Shown: positions 37,331 to 47,088 of the stretch, piece after piece
Layout: each line of letters opens with the position of its first letter
Position numbering within the stretch: position 1 is the stretch's first letter
Sequence record: OK428535.1
Length of the DNA: 64,000 bases
Origin: Escherichia phage vB_EcoM_Lh1B
Direction: 5' to 3' (one strand)
Program-made: the position numbers and the translations under genes
The notes under the pieces: model-generated
Seen by the model: only the letters and a program-made list of their open reading frames with translations
Databases searched by the model: none
Told to the model about the DNA's origin: nothing

Positions 37331-40300
37331 ATGATTTTTCTGAAACAGTTTAACCAGCGCTTTACCGTGCGCAAGACCGATGAGTTCGGTCGTCCGCGTA
37401 TTATCCCGCTGGAGAAGCTCCAGCTCCCACGTGGTTCTATCTACCACACCATCGATTTAGACCAGGTGGTTTTAGCACCACCGTTAACTACACCGTNTTT
37501 TGNCCNGGTGGAAAAACCGGCGATGATTCGCCACCACTTCCAGCTGCCTGAAGACGGCATTATTGGCCACCCGCGTAAGAAACCGGTTGTTGGCCAAGAA
37601 CGTCAAATCTTCCAGTACCATCGTAACAATCGTCGTATTCGTCGCATGATTGAAGACGGCGTGGTACGTTCCGATCCGAAAGTGCTGCTCATCGAAAACT
37701 ACACCCCGATGCTGCCGCATTATTTCTACCCTGATACTCTGATGTCCTGGTACGAACGTCTGCACAACATTCAGCTGCTGATAACTAACCAGATGAAAAC
37801 TGACTCACGTGAGTACATGCGTCAGAACTACTACATCATCGAACTGGGTAACGTACTGCCTTCTTTCGATCGTTTTAAAATGACGTATAACGATCGTGTT
37901 AAAACCAAACTGGAGCGCTTTAAAGACTTTAACCTGCTGTGGTTACTGGAGTTGTTCGGTTGGGTGTACGGCGATCAGCAAGCAACACTGTTTGACGGTA
38001 TGGACATGAACCAGCTGTCACGTGTGAACTTTATCTTCACACACAACGGTGGTTTTACATCCATGAACATGGGTGTAATTGAAAGAATGCGTAAGTCTGC
38101 CGGTGGTCGTTTGACTGACGTGCAGATGGGCAGAATGTTCTACCGTACACTGACTACTGTGATGACCACACCGCCGTCTACCGACTACGAAGATGACGAG
38201 TTCGTTACACCGGAAGGGGATGAACGCGTACATCTGGGAGAGGACGACGATGCTGTTGAAACCGTTGCCAGTAAACCGGAAGAAAGCCTCGATATCGTCG
38301 ACGATGAAGCAACACAAAGCGACAACGTTGACGATACATTGAACGATCATGAGTTCGATGAGAAAGAAGATCTGGTCATCGAAGCGCCGAAAGAAGATGT
38401 CAAACCAACCACCATCGTCGTAGAACGCACCATCCCACACGATGCTGTGATTAAACAAGAAGTTGAGCGCCTGGCNGAAGCGGGCCGCGTCACCGCCAAA
38501 GCGTATCAGTTCCTGAACGAATCTTCTAAACGTTTCGTAAACTTACCCAACCCGTACAATCCTAAAGAGACGTACGGCGAAGGTCTGACCATCGATCCGA
38601 AGAAACTCGAAGTTAAAGCCGAGCCTAAGAAGATTGAACGCTTAGTTACGGATGAAGCCTGGGCGGAAAATACCACCGACCAAATCATTCGTCAGTACAA
38701 CCAGGAAATCTTCCCGAAAGATATTCTGGGGGCAGTAGCGTCATCTCAGCGTCTCGGTTTGGCGATTCACAATCACACTGTTNAGAAAGAGATTTCCGTT
38801 ACCGGGAATATCGAACACCACACGTTGCGTATTCAGCCGATTGGCGGAGAACCAACCACGGTACGTTTCTCAATTCCTGCATTAACCGAAGACGGTACTT
38901 GGGTTGCGAATGGTGTGGAATATACAATGCGTCGTCAGCGTGTTGATCTTCCCATCCGTAAAGTGTCCCACGATACTGTAGCGTTAACCACTGCCTACGG
39001 GAAGAACTTTGTCCGTCGCAGTGATAAAGTCGTCAATGATTACGGACGTTGGCTCACTAACGCGATTATTACTCGCGCGGTCGATCCAAAGAACACCGAA
39101 ATCACTGATGCAAAACTGGCGAATGTGTTCGATCCGCTGTCTAAACTGCCGCGTCAGTACACCGAGGTGGCACGTCGTGTAGCAGCATTCAACGCAATTG
39201 GGTACCAATGGAACTTTGACATTAAACAGAAAGCGGCATTCTTTAACGAAGGGCAACTGGCAGATGCGGACCGTGTCGAGCTGGTACCTGTGGCGAAGAA
39301 ACCGCGGAGTCATGTCATCGTCGGTATGGATAAAAACTCCCAGCTTTATCGAGTGGATAAGGATAAGACCGAACCACTGGGTACACTCGCCGAGGTCTTT
39401 GGCGTGGACACCTCTAAGGCTCCACGTGAAATGACCGAACTGTCACTGATGGGCAAATCAATCTCGCTGGGCTTTGTGTTTGCGTACTATCTCGGATTAA
39501 CCGGGATGTTGAAACACTTTGGTATCAGTTACGAGGTTCTCTCTGTCGGACAACGTATCGATAAAGGTCAGTTCGACTCCATTATTCGTCTCCAGGATGC
39601 GAAAATTGCAATTGTCTGCGAGAACGATCAACAGAGGATGATTGTCAACGGCTTAGACCGTTACATTAAACACTTTACCACGTATACCGAGTCGGAAGTT
39701 GACCGGGAAGACATTTACCTGAACCTGTTACGTGATGCAGATGGGCTAACACCACGCTACATCAAAGAGCTGAAACTGATGCGGACCGCATTTGTTGACG
39801 ACATGCACGCGCGTATCCTCAGGAAAATGGGCGAGCCGGNAACCTTTATCGGCTTACTGGAGCGTTCTAACGAACTGCTGCAGACGGACCACACGTTACC
39901 GGAAATTAACGGTGACGAAATGATGTTCATCGGGAACCAACGTATTTCGTATCACATCTACACCGCGATGGTGCGGGCGATGCGTAACTACAACAACGCG
40001 CCTAACTCGAATCGTAAGTTTGAGTTGACGCAGGACATGGTCTGGGGTGCAATTAACTCCGACCCGTCTGTTCTACTGGCTCCTGGTGCAAACCCGGTAC
40101 AGAACATCAAAGAAAAAGATGTTGTTACCATGGGCGGTACAGGTGGTCGTAACCGCAAGACCATGGTCTACAGTACCCGTGAATTCCAACCGAGCGACCT
40201 GGGGATTGTCTCCGGTAACACGGTCGATAACGGCGATGTAGGTATCACCGCCTTTGCAACAAACAATCCGCGTTACGACACCGTGGACGGCACGACCTTT

Positions 40301-41536
40301 AAAAAGGACCTCGATAAACTGAAGCCAGGTGAGGCACTGTCATTTATTGATGGCTTGGTGCCGGATACCCTGATGGACGATGCTAAGCGTCAGAACTTCG
40401 TTGGGATTCAATTCGGTTCTGCGACCAGTTGTGTTGGCGCAACCACCACACCGTATCGTACCGAGCAAGAAAAGTTCGTGGCACACCGTACTTCTGTGAA
40501 GCACGCACGCGTAATCGATAAACCTGGCAAGATTGTGGAGGTTCTTAACGACCACGTTAAAATCAAATACGACGACGGAGAGGAAGAAGCTTTCCCACTG
40601 GGCCGTTGGTTCGGTCCGCACGAAGGGACTTACTACCCACACACCCTGGTAACGAAATGGAAGCGCGGAGATAAACTCCCTGCCGGTGCCGTTATCACGT
40701 ACAACGAACAACACTTTGAACCAGACATCTACGATCCAACGCAGGTCAGTTTTAAAAACGGGATACTGGCAACTGTCGCTTTGATTGAAGGGGAAGAAGT
40801 AATTGAGGACTCCAACGCCATTAGTGAGCGGTTCGCTGCTAAGGCTGAAGCCGATGTTACCAAACTCAAAGAAGTCACAATGACGTTTACCCAGAACCTG
40901 TTGGAGATGGTAAAAGAAGGGGACCACGTAGACGTGGATTCAATTCTATGCACCTTCACCGACAACCTGACCGGCGATATGAGCGGGTTCAGTAAAGAAG
41001 CAGCGGAAACGCTGCGTGAGTTAAGCTCCTTTGCACCACGCTCTGGTGTTCGTGGGTTTATCGACAAAATCGAAGTGGTTTACCACGGCGAGGTGGAAGA
41101 TATGACCCCGTCTTTGGCGGAGATGGTTCGTAAATACGACCGTATACGTCGGAAGACTGCGCTGGCTCTCAAACGTGACGAGCCGAAGGATGGTCGAGTC
41201 AACGGTGATTTTCGTGTTGAGGGGGTGCCGTTAGCGTACAATAGCCTGTGTGTCCGATTCTACATCACACACCGGGTAGAGATGGCAGCAGCGGATAAGA
41301 TGGTTATTGCTAACCAGCTGAAAACGACGGTTCAGGAAGTGATGTATGGAACCAACAAAACGGAAGACGGGCAGGAACTCGACATTATCTTTGGTCGTGA
41401 TTCCGTCGACGCACGTATCGTAGGTTCTATCATGCGCATCGGAACCACCAACGCTGTCGGGTATCGTGGTGGGGAGAATATCGGACGCATCTTAGATGGT
41501 GAAGACGTCCCAGCCTTGCCGGCTAAAATCAACTAA
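37331..41536 (+). CDS. large protein, possible partner RNAP subunit (unconfirmed)
   Basis: 1,401-aa ORF in the same frame as the upstream gene, separated by TGA and TAA; only weak RNAP-like blocks (GAVASSQRLG, VVTMGGTGGRNRKTMV); acidic low-complexity insert. Confidence 0.55.
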   Translation: MIFLKQFNQRFTVRKTDEFGRPRIIPLEKLQLPRGSIYHTIDLDQVVLAPPLTTPXFXXVEKPAMIRHHFQLPEDGIIGHPRKKPVVGQERQIFQYHRNNRRIRRMIEDGVVRSDPKVLLIENYTPMLPHYFYPDTLMSWYERLHNIQLLITNQMKTDSREYMRQNYYIIELGNVLPSFDRFKMTYNDRVKTKLERFKDFNLLWLLELFGWVYGDQQATLFDGMDMNQLSRVNFIFTHNGGFTSMNMGVIERMRKSAGGRLTDVQMGRMFYRTLTTVMTTPPSTDYEDDEFVTPEGDERVHLGEDDDAVETVASKPEESLDIVDDEATQSDNVDDTLNDHEFDEKEDLVIEAPKEDVKPTTIVVERTIPHDAVIKQEVERLXEAGRVTAKAYQFLNESSKRFVNLPNPYNPKETYGEGLTIDPKKLEVKAEPKKIERLVTDEAWAENTTDQIIRQYNQEIFPKDILGAVASSQRLGLAIHNHTVXKEISVTGNIEHHTLRIQPIGGEPTTVRFSIPALTEDGTWVANGVEYTMRRQRVDLPIRKVSHDTVALTTAYGKNFVRRSDKVVNDYGRWLTNAIITRAVDPKNTEITDAKLANVFDPLSKLPRQYTEVARRVAAFNAIGYQWNFDIKQKAAFFNEGQLADADRVELVPVAKKPRSHVIVGMDKNSQLYRVDKDKTEPLGTLAEVFGVDTSKAPREMTELSLMGKSISLGFVFAYYLGLTGMLKHFGISYEVLSVGQRIDKGQFDSIIRLQDAKIAIVCENDQQRMIVNGLDRYIKHFTTYTESEVDREDIYLNLLRDADGLTPRYIKELKLMRTAFVDDMHARILRKMGEPXTFIGLLERSNELLQTDHTLPEINGDEMMFIGNQRISYHIYTAMVRAMRNYNNAPNSNRKFELTQDMVWGAINSDPSVLLAPGANPVQNIKEKDVVTMGGTGGRNRKTMVYSTREFQPSDLGIVSGNTVDNGDVGITAFATNNPRYDTVDGTTFKKDLDKLKPGEALSFIDGLVPDTLMDDAKRQNFVGIQFGSATSCVGATTTPYRTEQEKFVAHRTSVKHARVIDKPGKIVEVLNDHVKIKYDDGEEEAFPLGRWFGPHEGTYYPHTLVTKWKRGDKLPAGAVITYNEQHFEPDIYDPTQVSFKNGILATVALIEGEEVIEDSNAISERFAAKAEADVTKLKEVTMTFTQNLLEMVKEGDHVDVDSILCTFTDNLTGDMSGFSKEAAETLRELSSFAPRSGVRGFIDKIEVVYHGEVEDMTPSLAEMVRKYDRIRRKTALALKRDEPKDGRVNGDFRVEGVPLAYNSLCVRFYITHRVEMAAADKMVIANQLKTTVQEVMYGTNKTEDGQELDIIFGRDSVDARIVGSIMRIGTTNAVGYRGGENIGRILDGEDVPALPAKIN

Positions 41537-41583
41537 TGTAGGGCGGGTCGCTCCCGCCCGGTAAATAAACTCCGGAGTTAATA

Positions 41584-41877
41584 ATGGGAATTTTAGATAC
41601 GCTCAAGCAGCAGCATGGGATTCCGGTGGGTCGTAATAGCACGAATCCGGAAACGGAAGGTTATTCCCCACAGCAACGCATGAACTTTGTTGTTCTGGGC
41701 AATGCGGTTGAATTGGCCACCGAAATTATTCACGGACTGCTGAAGGGCAGCAATGGCCTGTCTGACCGCATGGGCGATCAGCGTTTGCTGAAACGAGACA
41801 TCGCTGATATGGTGGGTGCGCGTATTACTGGTCGCATCCAGGATTCTATCAGCACCAAAAACGGGGGTCAGGCATGA
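41584..41877 (+). CDS. hypothetical protein
   Basis: 97-aa ORF. Confidence 0.45.
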   Translation: MGILDTLKQQHGIPVGRNSTNPETEGYSPQQRMNFVVLGNAVELATEIIHGLLKGSNGLSDRMGDQRLLKRDIADMVGARITGRIQDSISTKNGGQA

Positions 41878-43349
41878 TCAACTTATATTCACTTAATGCT
41901 GTCACCAACGCAATGAAACTGGCGAAACAACACCAGGTTCGTTTGGAAGCTGACGTTGACAGTCCTGTTGGTCTACTGACAAAAGCGACTACGCAGCAGA
42001 GCGTTTTCGATACGCAGATAACTGACGAAGAGTTCTTCCAGTCTCTGCCGGATATCACTGCACTGAAAACACCACAATCTGGCACGGGCGAAGCGTCTGT
42101 AATCGCAGATACTGCAGCGGGTCCAGAAACGCTGAACGTCGAAGACCACGAACCGACACTGTTCGAACTGAAACGTATGGCTATCCAACGTTGTCAGGGT
42201 ATGCTTGACTTTGCCCGTAACGTTATTCAGCCGTTTGTTCAACTGGTTATCCAAAACAACCAGGGTATTGAAAACCNGGCNGTTNGNGAANAATGGGNAC
42301 TTGTGCCTGCAGGTATGGACCCGGCGTTGAACTCCCCGGTGGTACAGGCATTAATTGATTCGGTAGAAAACCCGCTGGGCAATGGTACTACGCACCCTGC
42401 AGTTAAAGCCAACGTCCCTGCTGATATCGAACTGCCAGAAACCGGCAGCAAAGCTTACGACGATCTGGTTAAAGAACTGTTGAATGCGCTGGGTTGGAAT
42501 ATCAACGAAGCCGTTCGCAACATGCTCGAAGGGAACATGCTCTCTCCGGTAAGCGACCAGGCACCACACAACCTGAAACGCAACATTCTGTTTATGCTNC
42601 TTTCTGGCTNCTACCTGGAAATGCCGTGGAAAGACTCTGGTCTGAATAGCGGGCAGTGGAAAGCACAGATGCTGCCGTTGCATTACAGCTATATCGGTTG
42701 GGTTTACGCCTACACCCAGAACATCGTTACCCGCATCAAGACCGGTAACATTGTCTTCGGATACGACAACGTTGAGAAGAAAGTGTATATCTGTCAGGAA
42801 GTGATGGACGACTATCTGGAAAAAGGCGGTAGCGTTGAAGCGTTACTGGGCGCTATCTACCAGCTGGACGAAGGTGACACCAATGTCTCCACGCGTGTAG
42901 CTTCACTGTTGGAAAAACAGAAAGACTACATCGCTGCCTGGGGCCACCGTTCTGCGATTCAGCGTGCTAAGCTCGACAGCAGTTGGGTAACACGCAATCG
43001 CCAGTCACTGAAACAAGCGTTTAACGTGGCTATCGATGCGACCGATCCTGAACTGTTCTGGCGTGGACAGGACGGTCAGGTAGCAACGCCGGAGTTCGTT
43101 AAGAAATCAACGGCAAGCTTCATCGATTCGTTCTTCACCACCGACACCACAGACATCACTGAGTTCGTTATCAAGGTCTCCGCGACTGAGGTCTTCGGTG
43201 AATACGAACTGTCCAAGCTGATGCTGGATATTCATCGTGGTATGATTGCTAACCGTCAACCTGACGAGGTGGCAACCGACTGGATGATTAACTACGTCCT
43301 GGATTGGATTTGTGGCGGTGTGGTTATTTCTGTACCGAGCAAAGTTTAA
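41874..43349 (+). CDS. hypothetical protein
   Basis: 491-aa ORF; ATGA overlap with upstream gene. Confidence 0.55.
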   Translation: MINLYSLNAVTNAMKLAKQHQVRLEADVDSPVGLLTKATTQQSVFDTQITDEEFFQSLPDITALKTPQSGTGEASVIADTAAGPETLNVEDHEPTLFELKRMAIQRCQGMLDFARNVIQPFVQLVIQNNQGIENXXVXEXWXLVPAGMDPALNSPVVQALIDSVENPLGNGTTHPAVKANVPADIELPETGSKAYDDLVKELLNALGWNINEAVRNMLEGNMLSPVSDQAPHNLKRNILFMXLSGXYLEMPWKDSGLNSGQWKAQMLPLHYSYIGWVYAYTQNIVTRIKTGNIVFGYDNVEKKVYICQEVMDDYLEKGGSVEALLGAIYQLDEGDTNVSTRVASLLEKQKDYIAAWGHRSAIQRAKLDSSWVTRNRQSLKQAFNVAIDATDPELFWRGQDGQVATPEFVKKSTASFIDSFFTTDTTDITEFVIKVSATEVFGEYELSKLMLDIHRGMIANRQPDEVATDWMINYVLDWICGGVVISVPSKV

Positions 43350-43358
43350 TAAAGAGAG

Positions 43359-44087
43359 GTGGTCATGAGCGCCATTGAAACAGCACGTCGTGACGCGACG
43401 AAAATTCATGCAGATTTAGTGGACCAAGGCACGGCCACCATCACCAAAGGGGGATGTTACATTTACATCCCTGTTGGCTTCGTGGCTAAAGAGCTGGCGG
43501 TAATTTCTTCGCAAGTCGAAATCGTCGGCATTTTCGCTATCTCCACTGACCGCAAAACCTACGGGGTATCGAACGTCACGACGTTCATTGAAATTACCCC
43601 GTCGGCGTTTGAGGAAATTGACGTTCAGGGTGTGCCGTATTACGAGTTCCGTTTTGACCCCGGCACGGTGGTGTTCCCCAACCGAATGCTGCAAGTGCTA
43701 TCCTCGCCAGTCTACAACATCGCTTCGTACATCTACGACTTCGGAAACCGGCCTTTCTGGTACACCGCAGTAGATGACGCTGAGCTATTGTCTGACACTA
43801 AGACGTGGAACGGCTTTACGGTCTTTAACGACCAGATCACCGCTGACTGTTATGCTGCCCACACACAGCGTAAGGTTGGCGACCCGCGGACGTATTTCCG
43901 CTACACCCTGAAAAAAGACAGCGATTTGATGAATCGGGTGCAGTTTATTCCGCTGCGTTCAGGTTCATTGAACAAAACTTCCCGGTTGGCCAAGATTGCA
44001 GATGTGGAACTGAAACAGGGTATCCGTTCTGCACTCCAGGTCGATCCGGTACGTGCAGAGCCACTCGAGGATTTGTATATGAGGTAA
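43359..44087 (+). CDS. hypothetical protein
   Basis: 242-aa ORF with GAGAGG RBS. Confidence 0.55.
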   Translation: MVMSAIETARRDATKIHADLVDQGTATITKGGCYIYIPVGFVAKELAVISSQVEIVGIFAISTDRKTYGVSNVTTFIEITPSAFEEIDVQGVPYYEFRFDPGTVVFPNRMLQVLSSPVYNIASYIYDFGNRPFWYTAVDDAELLSDTKTWNGFTVFNDQITADCYAAHTQRKVGDPRTYFRYTLKKDSDLMNRVQFIPLRSGSLNKTSRLAKIADVELKQGIRSALQVDPVRAEPLEDLYMR

Positions 44088-44149
44088 CTGAGGTAGGGTT
44101 ATTGTACGTCCCCAATAACCCGCTTCGGTAATAACAACTGGGGAAACCA

Positions 44150-44953
44150 ATGGAAAACTTGTCACTACGTTATAACTGCGTGGCACTCGCTGGGGTCAAT
44201 AAAGGGGCAACGCTAAAGAAAGATGCGGACGGATATTACTACGTCCTGTTAGGTGCATTGAATATTTTCAACTCTGAGAATATTTACTACGCCTATAACG
44301 AGTCAAAACATGTCTTCGAGCGCTCTAACGTTTTCATGCGTAAAGTTTTGGCGGGGAATCTCTTCGGTGAAGAAGACCATCCGCAATACGAACAAGGCAT
44401 GAGCGAAGCCCAGTGGATCGAACGTAACGAATGGATCGAAACGCGTAACGTGTGTATGCACATTCGCGAAGTAGAAGTGAAGCCGACCGACCAGATGTGT
44501 AACGGTCTGCCGGTGATGGAAATTTGGGGTTGGATTAAACCTAACCGTGAACGTGGTCCGCTTCTGGCGGAAGCACTAGAGAACCCACATCAGAACGTGT
44601 GTTTCTCACTGCGTGCTATCGTTCGTGAAGGTCGTCTGGGTACGACAATCGTACGCCGCATCGATAAACTGGTCACCTTTGACTGGGTTATTGAAGATGG
44701 TCTGCAAATCTGTAACAAATACTCTGCGATTCAACGCGGTAGTAAAGTGGCACAGGAATCCACTCGCACTTACGTCGACCGTCCTATTAGTCGTCAGGTG
44801 CTGGAAGACATCCTGTACAATCCGACAACGACCAGCGCTGTTGCCACTGAGTCCCGTCGTGGCGCTCTCCAGCAACTCGCGCAGGAATACCTGCAGCTGG
44901 CTCCGAAAGTGTCCAATCTGCGGGTAATGGGCATGGGTGTAAGGAGCTGGTAA
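44150..44953 (+). CDS. hypothetical protein
   Basis: 267-aa ORF. Confidence 0.55.
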   Translation: MENLSLRYNCVALAGVNKGATLKKDADGYYYVLLGALNIFNSENIYYAYNESKHVFERSNVFMRKVLAGNLFGEEDHPQYEQGMSEAQWIERNEWIETRNVCMHIREVEVKPTDQMCNGLPVMEIWGWIKPNRERGPLLAEALENPHQNVCFSLRAIVREGRLGTTIVRRIDKLVTFDWVIEDGLQICNKYSAIQRGSKVAQESTRTYVDRPISRQVLEDILYNPTTTSAVATESRRGALQQLAQEYLQLAPKVSNLRVMGMGVRSW

Positions 44954-44956
44954 AAA

Positions 44957-45586
44957 ATGGCAGAACATGTCGACCCGTCATTAGAGCGGTGGTGTGAACG
45001 CCAGATGCCGCACGTCGCCAAAAAGTTGACGTTACGTAAACTGACTGAACAGCCGCTGCATTTAAGCAAGTGTAAGATACCGACGTTTTCGCCGCGTATC
45101 CCACTTTCGTGCGCGCCAGATGAAGACAAGACCGTGCCCAGGATTTGCTGCTCGGTAGATTTAGAGCGAGCGATTAAGGGTGCACGTCACAACTTCTCTG
45201 CAATCGAAATACCCACACGATTGTATCTTTACGGTTTTGATGAACGTGATGTAGCGCAGCCTTCGGTCAACCTGACACAGGAACCGAATCGGGCGGGTGA
45301 AGTATGGATTGTACCACACCGCATGTCGAACTGGGATATCAAACCGATTTACCTGGGCGAGATGCGATTGTCAGAACTTCGCAACGGTGGTCATGTTTTT
45401 GTCTATCACTTAAGTTTCGGACAAGATGTGCGCCTGTCTACCAGTCAACTGCTGAAAGCCGGCGAGTTTTATCGGCTGATTATCAGCGTCAACTGGGAGC
45501 GCGGTGAAGTTAAGGTCTCGGAGGCGGTCGCCACTGCGCGTACTGCTTTTGATAACGCACTGAACGAATACGTCGTTTCACCGTAG
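44957..45586 (+). CDS. hypothetical protein
   Basis: 209-aa ORF with AAGGAG RBS. Confidence 0.5.
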   Translation: MAEHVDPSLERWCERQMPHVAKKLTLRKLTEQPLHLSKCKIPTFSPRIPLSCAPDEDKTVPRICCSVDLERAIKGARHNFSAIEIPTRLYLYGFDERDVAQPSVNLTQEPNRAGEVWIVPHRMSNWDIKPIYLGEMRLSELRNGGHVFVYHLSFGQDVRLSTSQLLKAGEFYRLIISVNWERGEVKVSEAVATARTAFDNALNEYVVSP

Positions 45587-45641
45587 TGCCTAGTTCGTGG
45601 TCTGCAAATCACAACTAAAAACCACTACAGTAGGGGGACGC

Positions 45642-45941
45642 ATGAAGGTCGTTAACATCGCAATACCTCCGACCCTTCGTTGTTTGACGCCGGAAGAACT
45701 GAAAGCGTTAGCGATCTACGCTATCCAAGGAAAGGCTGGTAAAGAAGTGCTTGCCGAAATCTTATCGAAACGTTTTGATACAAAACGCAAGGTTAATAAC
45801 ATTATCTCCGGAATCGCGTCGCTAGATATCATGGCACTCTATTGCGACATTAAAGAGGCTGGAGTGACAATCGACTATCGCCGTACTTACTTTCTACTCA
45901 CTGAGCCGTATCGTTCGAATATGGCAATAAAGCAGATGTAA
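45642..45941 (+). CDS. hypothetical protein
   Basis: In-frame ATG at 45642 preceded by AGGGGGA; preferred over the ORF-track start at 45597. Confidence 0.45.
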   Translation: MKVVNIAIPPTLRCLTPEELKALAIYAIQGKAGKEVLAEILSKRFDTKRKVNNIISGIASLDIMALYCDIKEAGVTIDYRRTYFLLTEPYRSNMAIKQM

Positions 45942-45994
45942 TTTTTTACATGACGTTGGTTTCATGTGTTGGGGAACAAAATAAGGACAAGAAA

Positions 45995-46543
45995 ATGTTT
46001 TATCTGGATAGCGATGGCGTTTTTGCACGCTGGCGTAAATACGTTTTATCCACACATTTTCCCGGAANGACGATTAAAGAGTTTAACGCATTACCTGAAC
46101 TCCGCCGTCGTAGTTTGGTTCGTTCGATGTATCAGAACGATCCTGACTTGTTTTACAAACTCGAACCAATTGAGGGTGTAGAGCGAATCCTGGAAACGGT
46201 AGATAGACTTTGCGACAGTTGGGCAATACTCACCTCTGGGTCAGAAGATCACTACGACCACCAATTGGTTGTGGATTCAAAACAACGGTGGTTCATGAAG
46301 CACTTTGGGGTACCAGCTGACAAAGTCATCGTCACCGAAAGTTCAGGGCAGAAGAAAGCTTACGCCTCGCGAGGTAATTTGCTTGTCGACGATTATGGTC
46401 GTAACTGTCGAGAATGGATTTTGCAAGGTGGTGCGGCGATATGGTCGCGAACTGAAGAACCGAACATTGATGGCATTTGCCTCCAGTGTGAAGCGTTCTA
46501 CAATGACCCGATTACTCACTCGGGGACACTACTGCAAGTCTAA
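45995..46543 (+). CDS. HAD-superfamily nucleotidase-like protein (candidate 5'(3')-deoxyribonucleotidase)
   Basis: N-terminal FYLDSDGV matches HAD motif I (hhhDxDG[TV]); in-frame ATG at 45995 with AAGGA RBS. Confidence 0.45.
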   Translation: MFYLDSDGVFARWRKYVLSTHFPGXTIKEFNALPELRRRSLVRSMYQNDPDLFYKLEPIEGVERILETVDRLCDSWAILTSGSEDHYDHQLVVDSKQRWFMKHFGVPADKVIVTESSGQKKAYASRGNLLVDDYGRNCREWILQGGAAIWSRTEEPNIDGICLQCEAFYNDPITHSGTLLQV

Positions 46544-46552
46544 GCTCTACTA

Positions 46553-46596
46553 GGCTCATCCTATCTTCGGATACGGGTGAGCCTTTTTATTTTATT
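46553..46596 (+). terminator. intrinsic terminator
   Basis: Long hairpin GGCTCATCC-TATC-TTCG-GATA-C-GGGTGAGCC followed by TTTTTATTTTATT. Confidence 0.6.
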
Positions 46597-46606
46597 AATT
46601 GCATTC

Positions 46607-46634
46607 AAAAAGAACTGAGATATATATTACTTAG
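46607..46634 (+). promoter_or_regulatory. candidate phage promoter motif containing TATATTAC
   Basis: AAAAAGAACTGAGATATATATTACTTAGG between a terminator and the next gene. Confidence 0.4.
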
Positions 46635-46656
46635 GTGAGCGTTACACGTTAACGCT

Positions 46657-46670
46657 TTAATCGACTATTA
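46657..46670 (+). promoter_or_regulatory. conserved upstream element TTAATCGACTATTA
   Basis: Variant of the 14-mer at 9136 and 47536; 19 nt upstream of ATG with AAGGAG between. Confidence 0.3.
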
Positions 46671-46689
46671 CCCAGAAGGAGTATTTACA

Positions 46690-47088
46690 ATGACTAACCA
46701 ACTACGCCAAGACCCGTTTGTTGCCATGATGCTTTGTGCTAAAGCCGAGAGCAACGAAGCCGATTTAATTCGTCTGTTGACTGATGACGAATACCTTATC
46801 TCTGAACGTGATAAACGTTTAGAAGAACTCTATAAGCCAGAAACCGGTGAATCGCTCGGTAATCAAAACGCCTGGAAATTTCTTATTCTCGTAGCTGATG
46901 AAAAATGGCGAGCAGAAAATCCCATCGTCTGCGATATTACAGACTTACCGTACAAATACGGCGGACTCATCACTAGCGACCTGCATCTTAAAGCGTTCTT
47001 TGCTGGTGAAGCAATTCAAGAACTGCAAGATGTTCTTGTTACAGCAACAAACACTTTGAGACGTTTACGCGCTGAGCAGCTAATCTGA
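46690..47088 (+). CDS. hypothetical protein
   Basis: 132-aa ORF with AAGGAG RBS. Confidence 0.5.
   Translation: MTNQLRQDPFVAMMLCAKAESNEADLIRLLTDDEYLISERDKRLEELYKPETGESLGNQNAWKFLILVADEKWRAENPIVCDITDLPYKYGGLITSDLHLKAFFAGEAIQELQDVLVTATNTLRRLRAEQLI

Noticed and set aside
37484-41532. Minus-strand ORFs embedded in the 1,401-aa plus-strand gene (e.g. 38018..38458, 40340..40927, 40729..41067)
   Set aside because: Antisense to a continuous 4.2-kb ORF; no independent start signals
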